From the NCBI GenBank assembly GCA_002104905.1, contig MCFE01000666.1, positions 1 to 48,370 of the forward strand: a DNA stretch of 48,370 nucleotides, read 5' to 3'. Positions 22,213-34,299 of the stretch are shown here, in pieces. The notes beneath the pieces are model-generated. The model saw only the letters and a program-made list of their open reading frames with translations. It ran no database searches and was not told where the DNA came from. The first letter of the stretch is position 1. The number at the start of each line of letters is the position of its first letter. The DNA is from Basidiobolus meristosporus CBS 931.73 (taxonomy: Eukaryota; Fungi; Basidiobolomycota). A program made the translations under genes and the position numbers.

Positions 22213-25200
22213 ATGAGCCCCAAGCTGTCACTCTCTTCAATGTCTACTACTGCTATTACTGGAATTTTTCCCTCTGCTGAAAAGTTGGATGGATCTAACT
22301 ACCAAGTGTGGAAGGTGAAGATGAAGATGCGGCTAAAAAAAAGAGGCCTTTGGGATATTGTCATGGGAGAAGAATGCCCCCAAACAACATGGGAGAGGAA
22401 GCCTTAAAGTACCAGAAGAAAGAACAAAGTGCCTTTAACTGCATTTGCCTTAATGTTAAAGACAAATTACTAATTGAATGCTCAAGTGCAAAAACAGCAA
22501 AGAATGCCTGGAAGGCATTAGAAGACACCTACCAGTCATGTTCAGCTGCTAAGAGAAGTATCTGAGACAAAAATTCTTTACTACAAAGATGCTACCAGGA
22601 GAAGAAATGAAAAATCTTATTAACCAAACTACCCTGCTGGTGGATGAGATGGAATCTGTGGGCAAACCAACTACTGATGAGGCTGTGATAGTTACTACCC
22701 TGAATAGCCCAACAGACAGGTTTCAGGGCCTTCTATCAGCACTAGAGTCCAGAACTGAAGATTTGACCTTAAATTACATATATGGAAGGCTCCTGGATGA
22801 AGAGTTAAGAAAATCAAGCACCATTAAGAAGGAAGCAGAAAATGCTTTAATAAGCAATGATAACCAACAAAGGAGGTACCCAAGACCCTACAAAGTCAAC
22901 ATCAACCTGTTTTGCAAGTACTGCAAAAGGAAAGGACACACATCAGACTGGTGTATCAAAAAGCAAGATAATCAGCAAAAGAAGCCTGAATATGGAAATG
23001 CTGCAACAACTGAAGATATATTAATCATATTGACACTGTATATGACCACAAACAAGGATTTTCAGACATGGTACATTGAGTTGAGAGCATTGCAACACTT
23101 TACAAACTAAAAAGAACTTTTTACCCAATATCAAGAAATTCCAATTAAGAAGGTTTTCATGGGTGACAATAGAACACTTGATGCAGTGGGAGAAGGAACT
23201 ATCTAAGTACACCTAAGAAGCAGTGAAAGAAGCCATACACTGACCATAAAGAAGTACTCTATGAGCCAGAAATAGCTAAGAACCCACTATCTGTCAGCAA
23301 GGCCGCTGCAGAAGGACCCAGTTTCAGCTTTGACAATTTGGATGCAAGATCACTGATCAAAATGATGCCCATATTGCTTTGAGTATCAGGGATCAGAATC
23401 TATACAAGATGATATATATTCCATCATACTTAGAAGCCAATGTAAGTAACCTATATGCAGAACCACCAATACTCTGGCACAAAAGACTTGGACACATCAA
23501 ATTTGATTATTTGTGCAAAATGATCAAAGATTGGCTAATTTCCAGAGTAGAAATTGCTCTACCAGCTAGTTTGAGGCTCTATGAAGCCTGCATATATGGG
23601 AAACAAGCCAGACAACTGTTCAAGAGCTCGGGGCTAATCAACATTATGAAGAAATTAGATCTAGTTTACTCAGAACTGTGTGGACCTATGCAATATTTAT
23701 CCCTAGGTGGAATGAAGTATTTAAACACTTTTATTGATGATTATACAAAATAAATGAGTGTTTACTTCATGGGGAGAAAGGAAGAAGCTCTGTCTAAGTA
23801 TAGGGGCTCAAAGCCATGGTGGAGAGAGAAGCTGGTGAAAAAATCAAGAAAATACACTGTGGTGGTGTATAGGTCCAATGGAGAGATACATCCAACACTT
23901 CTCAAGTGTTTTGTGTGTGGGGTGTTCACTGGGTGCAATTACCTCTGGCAAAAGCTTGCTAGGAATACTTGGGTTCTGTCTCTAAACTAATGTGAAGGGG
24001 AATAAAGCCACAAGCTTGTCAAGGGCAAACTATTGAGCTACAATCCCCAACCTAGTTGGTGTCTTAACAAAAGTATGTGCTGGGTTCAGCATCCTTTGAG
24101 ATGTCAATGTACTAATGCTTCCAAAGTCAAAACCACTGTAAACTCCACCAGTAGGGACTTGATAAAAATGCAGATGTGGTCAATAGTTACAAAGACAGAA
24201 AAGTATCTTTGCCTCTACAAGAGCAAACTTGGGAAAGAATCAAATATAATAAAGATACCTACTCTGAGTATTCCTCACAAGTGGTGCCTCCAAGGTCAGT
24301 TGGCTGTCAGCATGGTTTCCTGGGAGTGTCCTGTAGTCTGGGGTTGGAAGTTCAGGTAGCAGCAGGTAGCAGTGATCACACTAATCAATAAGTTGGAATA
24401 TTGATAAAAGGGATGATGATTTATTGTTGAGGGATAGCCTCCCTTATATACCTCTCTTACTGGCTAAGTGATTACTAATCATGATGTTCCAGAAGGTTCT
24501 GGATATCATTAGAAATCTTAATGACAGCAGAATGACCTAAGAATGCTCTAAGTAGGTGCCAGAAGGTTCTAAGAGGCACAGCACATCCAAACAATCAGGA
24601 ATCAGTATTCTGAAACCTGTGTATGGTATGGCTACAGATCAAGTGCAGAACATCTAAGAATATTTGGGTGTACAGCATATTCCAAGAAACTGCCTGGAAA
24701 TCAGTCAGAATTTGAGCCCAAAATTGTAAAATGCATATTTTTGGGTTACTGCAATGAGAGTAGAGCATACAGGCTCTACAATACCAAAGCAAAGAAGTTG
24801 ATCAAGTCCAGGGATGTATTATTTGATGCAAATCCAAAATCTCACAAAATATGACATCAGATGATGACAAAAAATTGATCTCAAGTCCACCCACTGTCAG
24901 TATTGAGTCAGAGCAAAACAATGAAAATTTTTTCACTCCAGTGGACTCTACAACCATGGTTCAGCCTGAAGCAGTGCCCAGGAACATCCTGGAAGTGATC
25001 ATTCCAGTATCAAATGCCTGGAGAATCAACTGGACAAGAAATAGCCCAAATTACCCTATCATTGAGGGTATAAACTTAGCCTATGCATATTCAGTCCATA
25101 TTGCTCAGCCACAGACTGTAAAAGAAGCCCTAAGTAGCCCTCAGATGAAGTTTTGGAGATCTGCAATTACTGAGGAATATCAGTCTCTGATGAAAAATCA

Positions 25201-26674
25201 AACTTGGGACTTTGTCAAATAACCAATCAGCCAAAAATCAATTGGATGCAGATGGGTCTTCAAGACAACATACAAGGCTGATGGTACAACTAAAAGCTAT
25301 AAAGCAAGACTTGTAGCCAAAGGATACTCTCAAACAAAAGGACTTGACCATACTGAGACTTTTGCACCAGTAGCCAAGTTTAATTCTATCAGAATAATAA
25401 TGGCTATTGCAGCCAAATATGAGTTTTTTACTCATCAAATGGATATAAAACTGCACTTTTGAATGGAGTACTTGATGAGGATGTGTATAAGAGCCTTCCT
25501 GATGGGTTTGCTGACCAAGATAACCCCATTTGGTCTGCAGGCTTAAAAAGTCACTATATGGCCTCAACCAATCACCAGGTGCCTGGAATTGCAAGATAGA
25601 TTCTTATTTGGGATCTTTGAGTTTCAAAAGGAGTAATGCTGACCAAAGTGTACACTAAAAGCCAGATAGAGCAAGTCCAGTTCTATTAGCTCTATATGTG
25701 GATGATCTTATTATAGCTGCCAATAATATAGCAACATTGGAAGAGACTAAATCCAGCCTATCTAAAGAGCTCAAGATGTCAGATCTAGGAGAACTCAGTT
25801 ACTATTTAGGGATAAAGTTATTCATACACATAGGTACCCAGACTATTACCCTAAGCCAATCCAAGTATATTGAAGATATACTAAAGAAGTACAAAATGGA
25901 AGACTGTAGACTGGTAGCTACCTCAATGGAGACAAACCTCAACTTGGTCAAAACTCAACCTAATAAAGAGAGCTTGGTGCCATCTGAAAGCCTTGACTTT
26001 CCTTGTCAATCTATGTTCAGCAGTTGGATGTATATCATGCTTCAAACATGTCCAGATATCTCATATTTAGTGGATATTGTCAGCCAGTATAATCAGCACT
26101 ATGGATCTGATCATATTACAGCAGTTAAGCGGATTTTTAGATACATAGAAGAAAGTGCTGGTATCTGCTTAAGATACACTTATAAGGATTCAGAACAGGA
26201 CTTTATGGGATACTCTGATGCTGATTGGGGACAAAATTTGGAAGACAGAAGATCCACCGCAGGATACACGTTTCTTTACTGTCAAGGAGCAATTTCACGG
26301 AACTCAAGAAAGCAACCAACTGTAGCACTTTCTACCACAGAGGAAGAGTATATGGCAGCCTGTGAGGCTACAAAAAAATTAGTGTGGCTATGAAAGCATT
26401 TTACAGATATAGGCCTCTATCAAAAAACGCCCATTACTTTATTTCAAGATAATCAAGGATCTATACAATTAGGTAGAAATCCACCTTTTCAAGCTATAAC
26501 TAAGCACATAGATATTAGACATCATTTCATACATGAAGCTATAGAGAATAACTTAGTTAGCTTAGTTTACTGTCCTTCATATGAAATGATTGCAGACATT
26601 TTACAAAACCATTAGCTAGAGACAAGTTTGGATATCTTAGGTCAAAATTAGGACTAGCCAGTATGAACATTTAG
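22213..26674 (+). pseudogene. Copia gag-pol pseudogene of element C
   Basis: Many stops and frameshifts. Fragments in the ORF track (22021, 22308, 22589, 23379, 24851, 25698) are collinear with element 1. The integrase core is replaced by a foreign segment. Confidence 0.9.
23858..24620 (-). mobile_element. Probable LTR of another family, replacing ~270 bp of the integrase core
   Basis: Starts TGTGG exactly where Copia similarity stops. Minus-strand TATATAAGGG near 24441-24451 and a repeated CCAGAAGGTTCT. No TSD found and the right boundary is approximate. Confidence 0.45.
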
Positions 26675-27291
26675 GTGAGTGGGAGTGTAGTGAAAGTTTG
26701 TAATTCCACCTAAATATTCACCTAACTTAGTTACTTAGATTATTACCTTCAGATCCTAGAGAATACTGACCAAATTCCTTGTTGGGATTTACTTGGAATA
26801 TTTTCACTAAAATACCAGGTACCCAAAACATGAAAATTCTCAAAGTTGTCCAAGCAGCCCCAAACTTGACACACATGCTCTTGGGACCTTTCTTAACCTA
26901 TCCTATGTGTTTGTAATGCCAAGACCATGTAAAAGTATAAAGACTTGTTCCATTGTACCGTGCCAAGGCATGCGGCATGATCCACGGTTGTAAAGAACAA
27001 TCAGGGGTGATAATAAAGCTACCAGAAGGCAGGATTGCTGTTGGACAATTTTGCACTATGAGGGACAATCTTGCACACTATGGCACAATCTGACACAATG
27101 AGGTTGGCACAGATGATTGCGCCAACTTGTAATGCTTGCATCACGTGCGTGATTGGATACAGCTATTATGGCAGGTAAAATCCGGTATTTGGATATGCTT
27201 CTTTATTGTAAGTGGATATAAATGTGTATCACACTATAAACTACACTGATACTTACCATTTTGGTTACCATCATTCCAATTGGACAGTATC

Positions 27292-28534
27292 TGTTGTGTT
27301 GTATTATGATTAGTTTGGGGCTTGGTCTACAATGTAGAGGCTAATCAACAATATACAACAACTTCCAGTATGCTAATACTGAAATAGTTTATTGGGAGTT
27401 TGATATACCAATAGAAGATATAGCTTTCACTAATTTCCTCAATCTTGGGCTCAAAATATACTGTAGGCAGTGTTTATCACTTCTACAGCAGTGTTCTGAC
27501 CTTCTGTCAACTAATGGGCTTATTTACTTTTATAGTAACTTTTCCTAATTTGGAAGTCACTTTCCTTTCTGAAAAAATATTTCCTAATATGGAAATTCTG
27601 AGCTCCCCTTTAACCTAAAGGGGTGTGTTGTAGAAGTCTCTAAAGGGGTCTTTAGACCTAAAGGGGTGTCTAAAGGGGTGTTTTTAGAGTAAAGGGGCTT
27701 CTTGTAGTGGTCTCTAAAGTGGACTTTACACTAAAGGGGTGCCTAAAGGGGCTTCTTTAGAGTAAAGGGGTTTCTTAAAGGGGTCTCTAAAGGGGTCTTT
27801 AGACTAAAGGGGTGTCTAAAGGGGTGTCTTCAGAGTAAAGGGGTTTCTTAGAGGGGACTTTTCCAACAGAAAAGTGGTAGTTTCTTGTAGAACTTAGATT
27901 GGATTCTTGTGAGCTTTGCAGTCTCTTTACTGATGTAGTACTGATCAAAGTCAGAATACTCCACAGTGCAAGTGATGCAGGGGAAGTCTTATAACCTTTA
28001 AACTTGTAATTGTAGTGTGGAGATTCTGGAAAGAGAGGCTCTCCCTTTATTTTTCAGCTGGGGAAGTCATATATATGAAAATCTTGAAGGATCAAAGTTT
28101 TTGGGCGATTGCGCAAGCAAAACACGTGATATGAAGCTAAAATTTTGCAGTGGCGCAGATCGGACATAGGCGCAGCACCTGTGAAAATTTCACGTGATTT
28201 GATTGGCTGGTTTGAAAGTTACATGCGATCAAAGTCACCATAGTAATCCTAGCAATAAGGCATAGTATATACAATAATTGGACTCTTTTGGTCATAACTC
28301 CTTAAGTACTGCTTCAAATGAGCTGTAATCTGAAACATGTATTGGCTACTACGTGTTCTGTATGACATAATATTCTTGGGTGGATTGCTTGTCAGGGTCT
28401 GGAGCATTTGTTCTTCAAAGTTGGAAATTCTTGATCTTTCACTTGTGTGTTACAATAGCAAAAAGCAAAATAAAGAAATGAGTGCAATATTGGTTTAGAG
28501 ATATTGTAGTAATGGAATACCTTCCATTACCACA
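27292..28534 (-). mobile_element. Ty3/Gypsy solo LTR (1243 bp) inserted in Harbinger copy 1
   Basis: TGT...ACA ends and 4-bp TSD TATC (27288-27291, 28535-28538). Same family as 8670-9870. Confidence 0.93.
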
Positions 28535-28930
28535 TATCTCAGTGATTAATTGGTCCAAAAGTATCCTGAAGCTGACAGCCCCCAATTGGCTCATTGACTA
28601 CTAAGCAAGCTACCTGATTTGCCATCAAATATCCCATTTTGCCCATTGAGCAAGTAAATCCTTGATCCTAGTGATTGGACAAGGTGTCAAAGCTAGCATG
28701 CAAGCAATTGGGTTGGTGCAAAACAAATCCAATAGCTGCACTGGTATTACAGATGATGTATATATATACAGGGTGTTTATTTATAGGGGTTCTGTCTCAA
28801 ATATGAGATGACCTTGATATTACTTATATTAAAGATTTGATGATTACTGATTTGCAATGGCTCGATTCAAATCGCAAAAAAAATGGGTTGTTGGGATCAT
28901 TACAAATAATAGCAATTCAAAGGGATTGCA

Positions 28931-30133
28931 TCATCTTCTCCTGAGTTTTTTTCTCACAGGGATTACTACTGAAGCATTTGGTAGTGACTCACTTTGCACA
29001 CCTATACTACTTCCTGGCTGACTATCATCTTGGCTACTTGTGTATTTGTAGTCAGTATTTTGCCTCCTAGTTGATGAGTGCAATGCTGCAGCTTGGCCGC
29101 GCTGAATTGCTCCAACTGAACTAACTGAACTGGCCTGGAGTGCCATGTGCTGATGCGTTCCTTTACTTGCCAAGGGCTCTGGTGGTTAAGGCACTTCACG
29201 TTGGTCATCATTAGTCAGTTCACCAGAAGTAACTTGCTGATGGTCAGGCAAAACGGCACGTGCAGGCGTGCCTTGACGCATTGAGATGGCCCTTGGCTGA
29301 GTTTGATGTGATGCTGCATGTTGACGCAACTTGGTCTGCTCCAATGGACTTGTGTCTAAATGAGCAGTTTGGCAAGTTCTGGTAGTTTTGCTCTGAAGCA
29401 CGCGCATTGATCCAATGCACGTTGACTCAATATGGGGCGCTCTGGTAAAGGGTGTTGGCGTAGTCTGGACTGACATGCACTGGTGCACTGTGGTTGCAGG
29501 AGATGGTAAAGAATCCAGCAAGGCATGCTGGCGCAATCTGGACAATGTTGGTTGCAGTCTGTATTCTTCCTCCTGAAGTTCACCATCTGATTCCTCAAGG
29601 TATTCACTTACCCTCTGTCTGATACTTTGGAGCTGTTGCCTGGATGAGTCCTGTGTATATTGCTCTTGGAAGCCACTTAGCACTACTAATATATCACGCA
29701 GTACATTAGTCATTTGAGGCAAAAACTCATTCAAAATCTTGCTGGTTCCCAAAGTTGAGGCACAAACAGATGCATCCGGCCTGTACTAAGCTTTCTACTC
29801 AAATTCTTCCATCTTTGTTGACTTTCTGTGGTATCTAGTTCTGCCAGATTAATCAGTAGTGCCCAAATATCTGTATGAAGGCTCATCATAGACACTTGGG
29901 CCATACTACAATCATTTGGCAAGAACTTGAACAGATCCAACATCAACTTTTCCGGTCTGGACCGCACTTGTGAGCTGGGGGATGGGTTTTGTCTGGGTTG
30001 TACTAAAGATGAGTTGAGGCTTGGTATGGGGACCATAGCAACGGATTTGGATACTTATACAGCAGTATATTGGCATCAACCTGGTCTTATATGAAATATA
30101 TATGAAAACTAATGTGATTGTTGAATTTTCCAT
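28931..30133 (-). pseudogene. Harbinger second ORF (Myb/SANT-like DNA-binding protein), disrupted
   Basis: DIWALL...TTESQQRWKNLSRK resembles the recognition helix of Myb/SANT-like domains. Q/S/T-rich tail and basic C-terminus RKKLRRR. Frameshifts and a ~150-bp deletion relative to copy 2. The true start codon is uncertain. Confidence 0.65.
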
Positions 30134-30395
30134 TTATTATGCATGATGCATCTTGGATTGCGTTGACATGGATCAGATCACATCAATTGCAGATTTCCTA
30201 TTTGATTACAGACCTATGAGTAAAGCATCAATAAAAGTACCAAGGCACTGTTTGCGGATGATTTTTGCGACACAATGATGGGATACATGGTAATTGATGG
30301 AGATTTAATCATAATGCATTAAAAATCTGATAAATAACACGTATTGTGCCGAATTGATTCAAACCACATCCATACAATCATTCACCAATTTTGAT

Positions 30396-31280
30396 ATGAG
30401 TTACTCATCTGAATGGTCTTTTCTCATCAATCCCATCACTACCATTGGATTTCCTTTTGACACACTAGAGGAGATCTATTCCAAGTACTGTGGACCATCA
30501 ACCCCAATCTACTCAAGGAGATCCCTTGTTAAGCTTCTCTGCTATTACAAGAACAAATGCCCCACAAGGTTTCATCCCACCATCCATGGCAACAAAAGTC
30601 CTAGAAGCTTTCATTCCCAGCTGACAGCAATGGAGAACCACCTTGCAGAGTGTATGAATGACTTGGAGTAAGCTTGGAAAACTAGGTTCAGAAGCTCCAA
30701 TAGACTTCCATATCCCAGAGTGTTCAGCAACAGGTTCCATATAAGGAGTATTTTGGATACCTTCCCCGTGAGGATTAACAGACCTTCTAGAGGGCAGAGG
30801 CACTTTTATTCTGGCAAGTACAAGGCACACTGTGTGAAGCTTCAAGCACTGTCTGACATTGAGGGTAAAATCATCTGGTTTAGTGGGCCATTTGCTGGAA
30901 GTAGGCATGACAAAGCACTCTGGCTAGAGAATCATCCTGAATTCAGTTGAGGGGAGAAATGAATGGCAGACTTAGCCTATATAGGAGAGGATTGTCACAG
31001 ATTAGGATGTATTACAGCTTATAGGAAGCCAATGAATGGTGTGCTTATCAGGAAGCAGAAGCTCTACAATGAGATATTTAATCATTTCAGAGTGAGGGTA
31101 GAGCACACATTTGGATATCTGAAGAGATTCAGCATATTGGCAGGTAACTACAGAGGAAAGTCATATATAGAAGAAAACAGCAGTATAGGTAAAATAGTTA
31201 AGATACTTATTAAGGCACAGTATGCTCATACAAGAAGGCATCCACTGAGAGAAATGTGTCTGGAGCATTATGAAGAGTAA
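30396..31280 (+). pseudogene. Harbinger-type DDE transposase (DDE_Tnp_4-like), 294 codons with three in-frame stops
   Basis: ORF pieces 30354, 30720 and 30963 share one frame. Motifs ILDTFPVRINRP, FYSGKYKAHCVKLQ, SGPFAGSRHD, ADLAYIG and RVRVEHTFGYLKRFSIL. Stops at 30669, 30948 and 30960 are sense codons in copy 2. Confidence 0.9.
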
Positions 31281-31930
31281 ATAAAGCAAGTAAAGCACTA
31301 TTCTGAGCAACATAAATAAGATTGAGTAAAATTACCATTAACTGTATCATACCACTGGCATCATGGTAGAAATTATAGTGCCAGATAGTGCTGTAGGGAA
31401 CCAGATTGATCTGGCACTATAAACAGGCTGGCACTATGTGGCACTATCCAACGGAACAAGTCTTAAATATTACTTTTACATTCAATAAATCATTAAGTGA
31501 ATACCACATAATCTACTTGTCCTCCCAATCACTTCCAATATCTCCAAGACTCTTAAAGCACTATTGACCCCATGGAAACCTTCTTAATTAGATTTTCATG
31601 ATATTGAGTAAGAAGTCTTTTTGGTCTGTATAGTGCTAAGATGCTCCAGAGTCAATGTGGCATGTCTGATAATCCTTGTTTGTAGCCATATTGAGTGCAG
31701 ATTGGAATAGTCTATATTCTGTTGTTGCAGCATTTCCATATTTGGGCTTCTTGTGTTAATTTTTAGCACTGGTCTAATGTGTGTCCTTTCCTTTTGCAGT
31801 AGTTGCAAAACAGGTTTCTATAACCTTAAAGGGCCTTTGGTGCCTCCTTTGCTGGTAATCATTGATTATTAAAGCATTTTCTTCTTCCTTCTTATTAGCA
31901 CTAGATTTTGTTAATACTTCATCCAGGAGC

Positions 31931-33104
31931 TGTCATGATCACATGAGATCCTTGCACTTTCATAATCCAACCAAATCAAGTTGGTGAAGAAATCCCAGTT
32001 CCTTCCAGAAAGCTTTACTACATTCTAGTGTTTTGGAAAGCTCCAACCTTACAAAAAACTTCAAACTTAAAATTCATCTGATTTTCTGCTGGTATTCAGC
32101 TGGTATTCTAATGACATTTTGCCTGTATTCAGCTGGTGTTTCTAGTTCAAAATTTCAAATGAAAATTTTGATCAAAGTAATGGGCACCTAATTACTAAAT
32201 TTGATATGGATGGAAGTTAGCCTAGTCTCCTCCCAGAGAGCTTGGTTACTTGCCTGCTCATAAGCTAACAGAGATATTGAGAGTTGTTAGTATTGAGAAA
32301 CTTGGAATTCAGCTGATATCATGATGGAATTTCACTAGCCTTTTCTTAATATTTTTTCTTAGGGCAAGCCAATATTACACAATAGATCATTTTATGGAAG
32401 CTTTCCTTTGGAGTTTATGTAGCTTATATCATATATGGTAAGTATATATTGCATAACCTAGTCACATTACTAGCTGCCCCTTGACATATCCTCATATGAT
32501 GTTCTAATCTGTTTTTTAGTATATTTCTATCTTGGCACAGTTTCTGTGCCTTACCTCAGAGCCCTATCAGTATTAGCTAATATCTCTTGGCATTCATACT
32601 GCCAAAAAGTATATATAGTTCTATCCCCCTTACATATCCCTCAGTCTGATAAGCACAGGTCTTGAATAAGAAGTCCTGCCTTGAAAATCTGCCTTGCCTT
32701 GTTAATCCACACATAAGTCCTTTCCTGGTCCTGCCCTGCCTAGCTCTACTCTCCTGCATTATGTCTATTCATAATGGATTTATCACACTGCTCTTGACTT
32801 ACCTGTTGATCTCTACTTTCTACCCATAGTTCTTGAGAAGAACATTTAAAGGAATACCTAGAGTAGATATCACCTTGAATCTTTTCCTAGTCTTGTCCTC
32901 TAAAGGCAGAGGTACTTTATCTTTGTAAAATAATTGGCCAAAGCTGCATCCACTTCATTACCCTGCTGGTGTAGTTTACAGTTGTTACAGTATTGGAGGC
33001 TTTGATCTAATACTATATCAAAGGACATTGAAGGCAGTACCTTCTGAAATAATGCCAACTTATTTAAAGTTGGGGATTGTGGCTCTATATATGTATTCTT
33101 GACA
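31931..33104 (+). mobile_element. Possible LTR (TGTCA...TGACA) of a further family, followed by a gag-like start
   Basis: Begins where remnant E stops and has inverted 5-bp ends. A 46-codon coiled-coil-like ORF MSSPEHNLASLMAAFAQLQHDNADLRSSVAQLQ follows at 33196-33336. No second copy or TSD to confirm. Confidence 0.3.
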
Positions 33105-34299
33105 AGCAAGTAGCTTTATAAGCCACATATTATCTGGTAGTATTCAGTATTCCCAAACAAGCTCAAGAAACCTCTCCACCTCCTGCTATCCCAACATGTC
33201 CAGTCCAGAGCACAACCTTGCAAGCCTCATGGCTGCCTTTGCCCAGCTGCAACATGACAATGCAGATCTCAGAAGCTCTGTTGCACAGCTTCAGAGCCAA
33301 ATTACTCAACAGCCTCCCTATGAAAAATTATTGTGATGCTCCTGTCAAATGGCCATCACAAATTTAGTCCTGTGACTAAGAGGTACCAATCCCATCAGGA
33401 CACTATGCAAAGACCATAAAAGAATAATTGCACCCCAGATATCACAAAAAACTTGGTAAAATTTTATCATCACTACAGTACAAAAGTGGCTTTTGATTGG
33501 TTCTCTGCCAACTTTTGCACTTTCCAATCCTGGACATTCTATCACCTTCTATTTTTGTGTGTATTGATTGGCTATTGCCTCTTTCTCACGCTCCTTACTA
33601 CCTGACCCAGTCATTTCTCTTACTTTTCATGCATACAAATTGATTTATTTCCATTGAAACTTCAGTTGTACCTCATTTGCCAATTGTATTAACCTATACA
33701 AGTCCCTATGCCCCACACCAACATTGAGCCCAACCCCACACTCAACAGGTAACACCATTAAGATCCGCTACTCAATTAGTATTTCTGCTGTAATGCTCTG
33801 TTTCCATGACTATGGTGGGAACCCTGCAGCTTTATGCCACTGTTCATTCACTGGTTCCCATATACCCTGGCATTCAGTAGGCACTGCAAGGTCAAGCACC
33901 TCATCTGCCAGTCTTTGCAATAAACCCTAGCAATATTCAAGTGCATTTTCCTGAGCACTGCTCTTGAAGAAGTGCTGCAACCTCTTGGCGTGTCTACTAA
34001 TGCTCTAAAGTTCCACTGAAGGCATTGTGATAACCTTTTGAGTACTTGACACCAATAGTTTTCTGTCTGTGGGATCTCCACTCTGTCAAGAATGGAGGAC
34101 ATGGAAGCTGTGATAGACAAACTGCCTTTCACTGCAAACTCATCTACCTTGCTGGAGTGTAGCTCAACTGGCTGTGCTTCTAACACTTATGAAAATAGCT
34201 GTTTTCTTGTTGGTAATTCTTCTTTGCAATGATGGGAGTCAGCATGTACCAGGCTTGCAGCATTAATTGGCAAGAACTACAGCATTTTTCTTCTGCTTC

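Larger units (their letters stand above)
26941..31463 (+). mobile_element. PIF/Harbinger-superfamily DNA transposon, copy 1
   Basis: Imperfect 24-bp TIRs AGACTTGTTCC(A/G)TTG...GTGCC (26941-26964, 31440-31463) and 3-bp TSD TAA (26938-26940, 31464-31466). Divergent DDE transposase and Myb/SANT-like ORFs. Confidence 0.92.
21862..31560 (+). mobile_element. Older full-length Copia family-I element C, 3' LTR split by a Harbinger insertion
   Basis: 5' LTR 21862-22208 and PBS at 22209. 3' LTR is 26686-26940 plus 31464-31560. TSD CTATT at 21857-21861 and 31561-31565. Confidence 0.93.
10743..31930 (-). mobile_element. Old Copia family-I remnant 'E', split into 10743-12028, 21594-21861 and 31561-31930 by later insertions
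   Basis: Integrase fragment 11242-11871 (IHSNMCQP, QQNGVAECANRS). The flanks rejoin across TSDs CCACA/CCAAA (12024-12028, 21594-21598) and CTATT (21857-21861, 31561-31565) into continuous pre-integrase/protease/gag sequence. Confidence 0.8.

Noticed and set aside
24033-24391. 108-aa and 71-aa ORFs as a captured gene
   Set aside because: No recognisable motif, non-ATG start for the longer one, and they lie in LTR-like sequence.
182-31560. Orientation bias of nested Copia insertions
   Set aside because: Three insertions are antisense to the host (elements 1, 2, C) and three are sense (1129 solo LTR, A, B), so there is no bias.
3186-31565. Strict target consensus for Copia family I (GTTTT, GTATT, CTATT)
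   Set aside because: Other TSDs (GGTAC, CCAAA) do not fit and the sample is too small.
32577-33545. Minus-strand ORFs 32577, 32900 and 33345 as host genes or a DIRS RNase H
   Set aside because: Short, without convincing motifs, and with stops in all frames around them.
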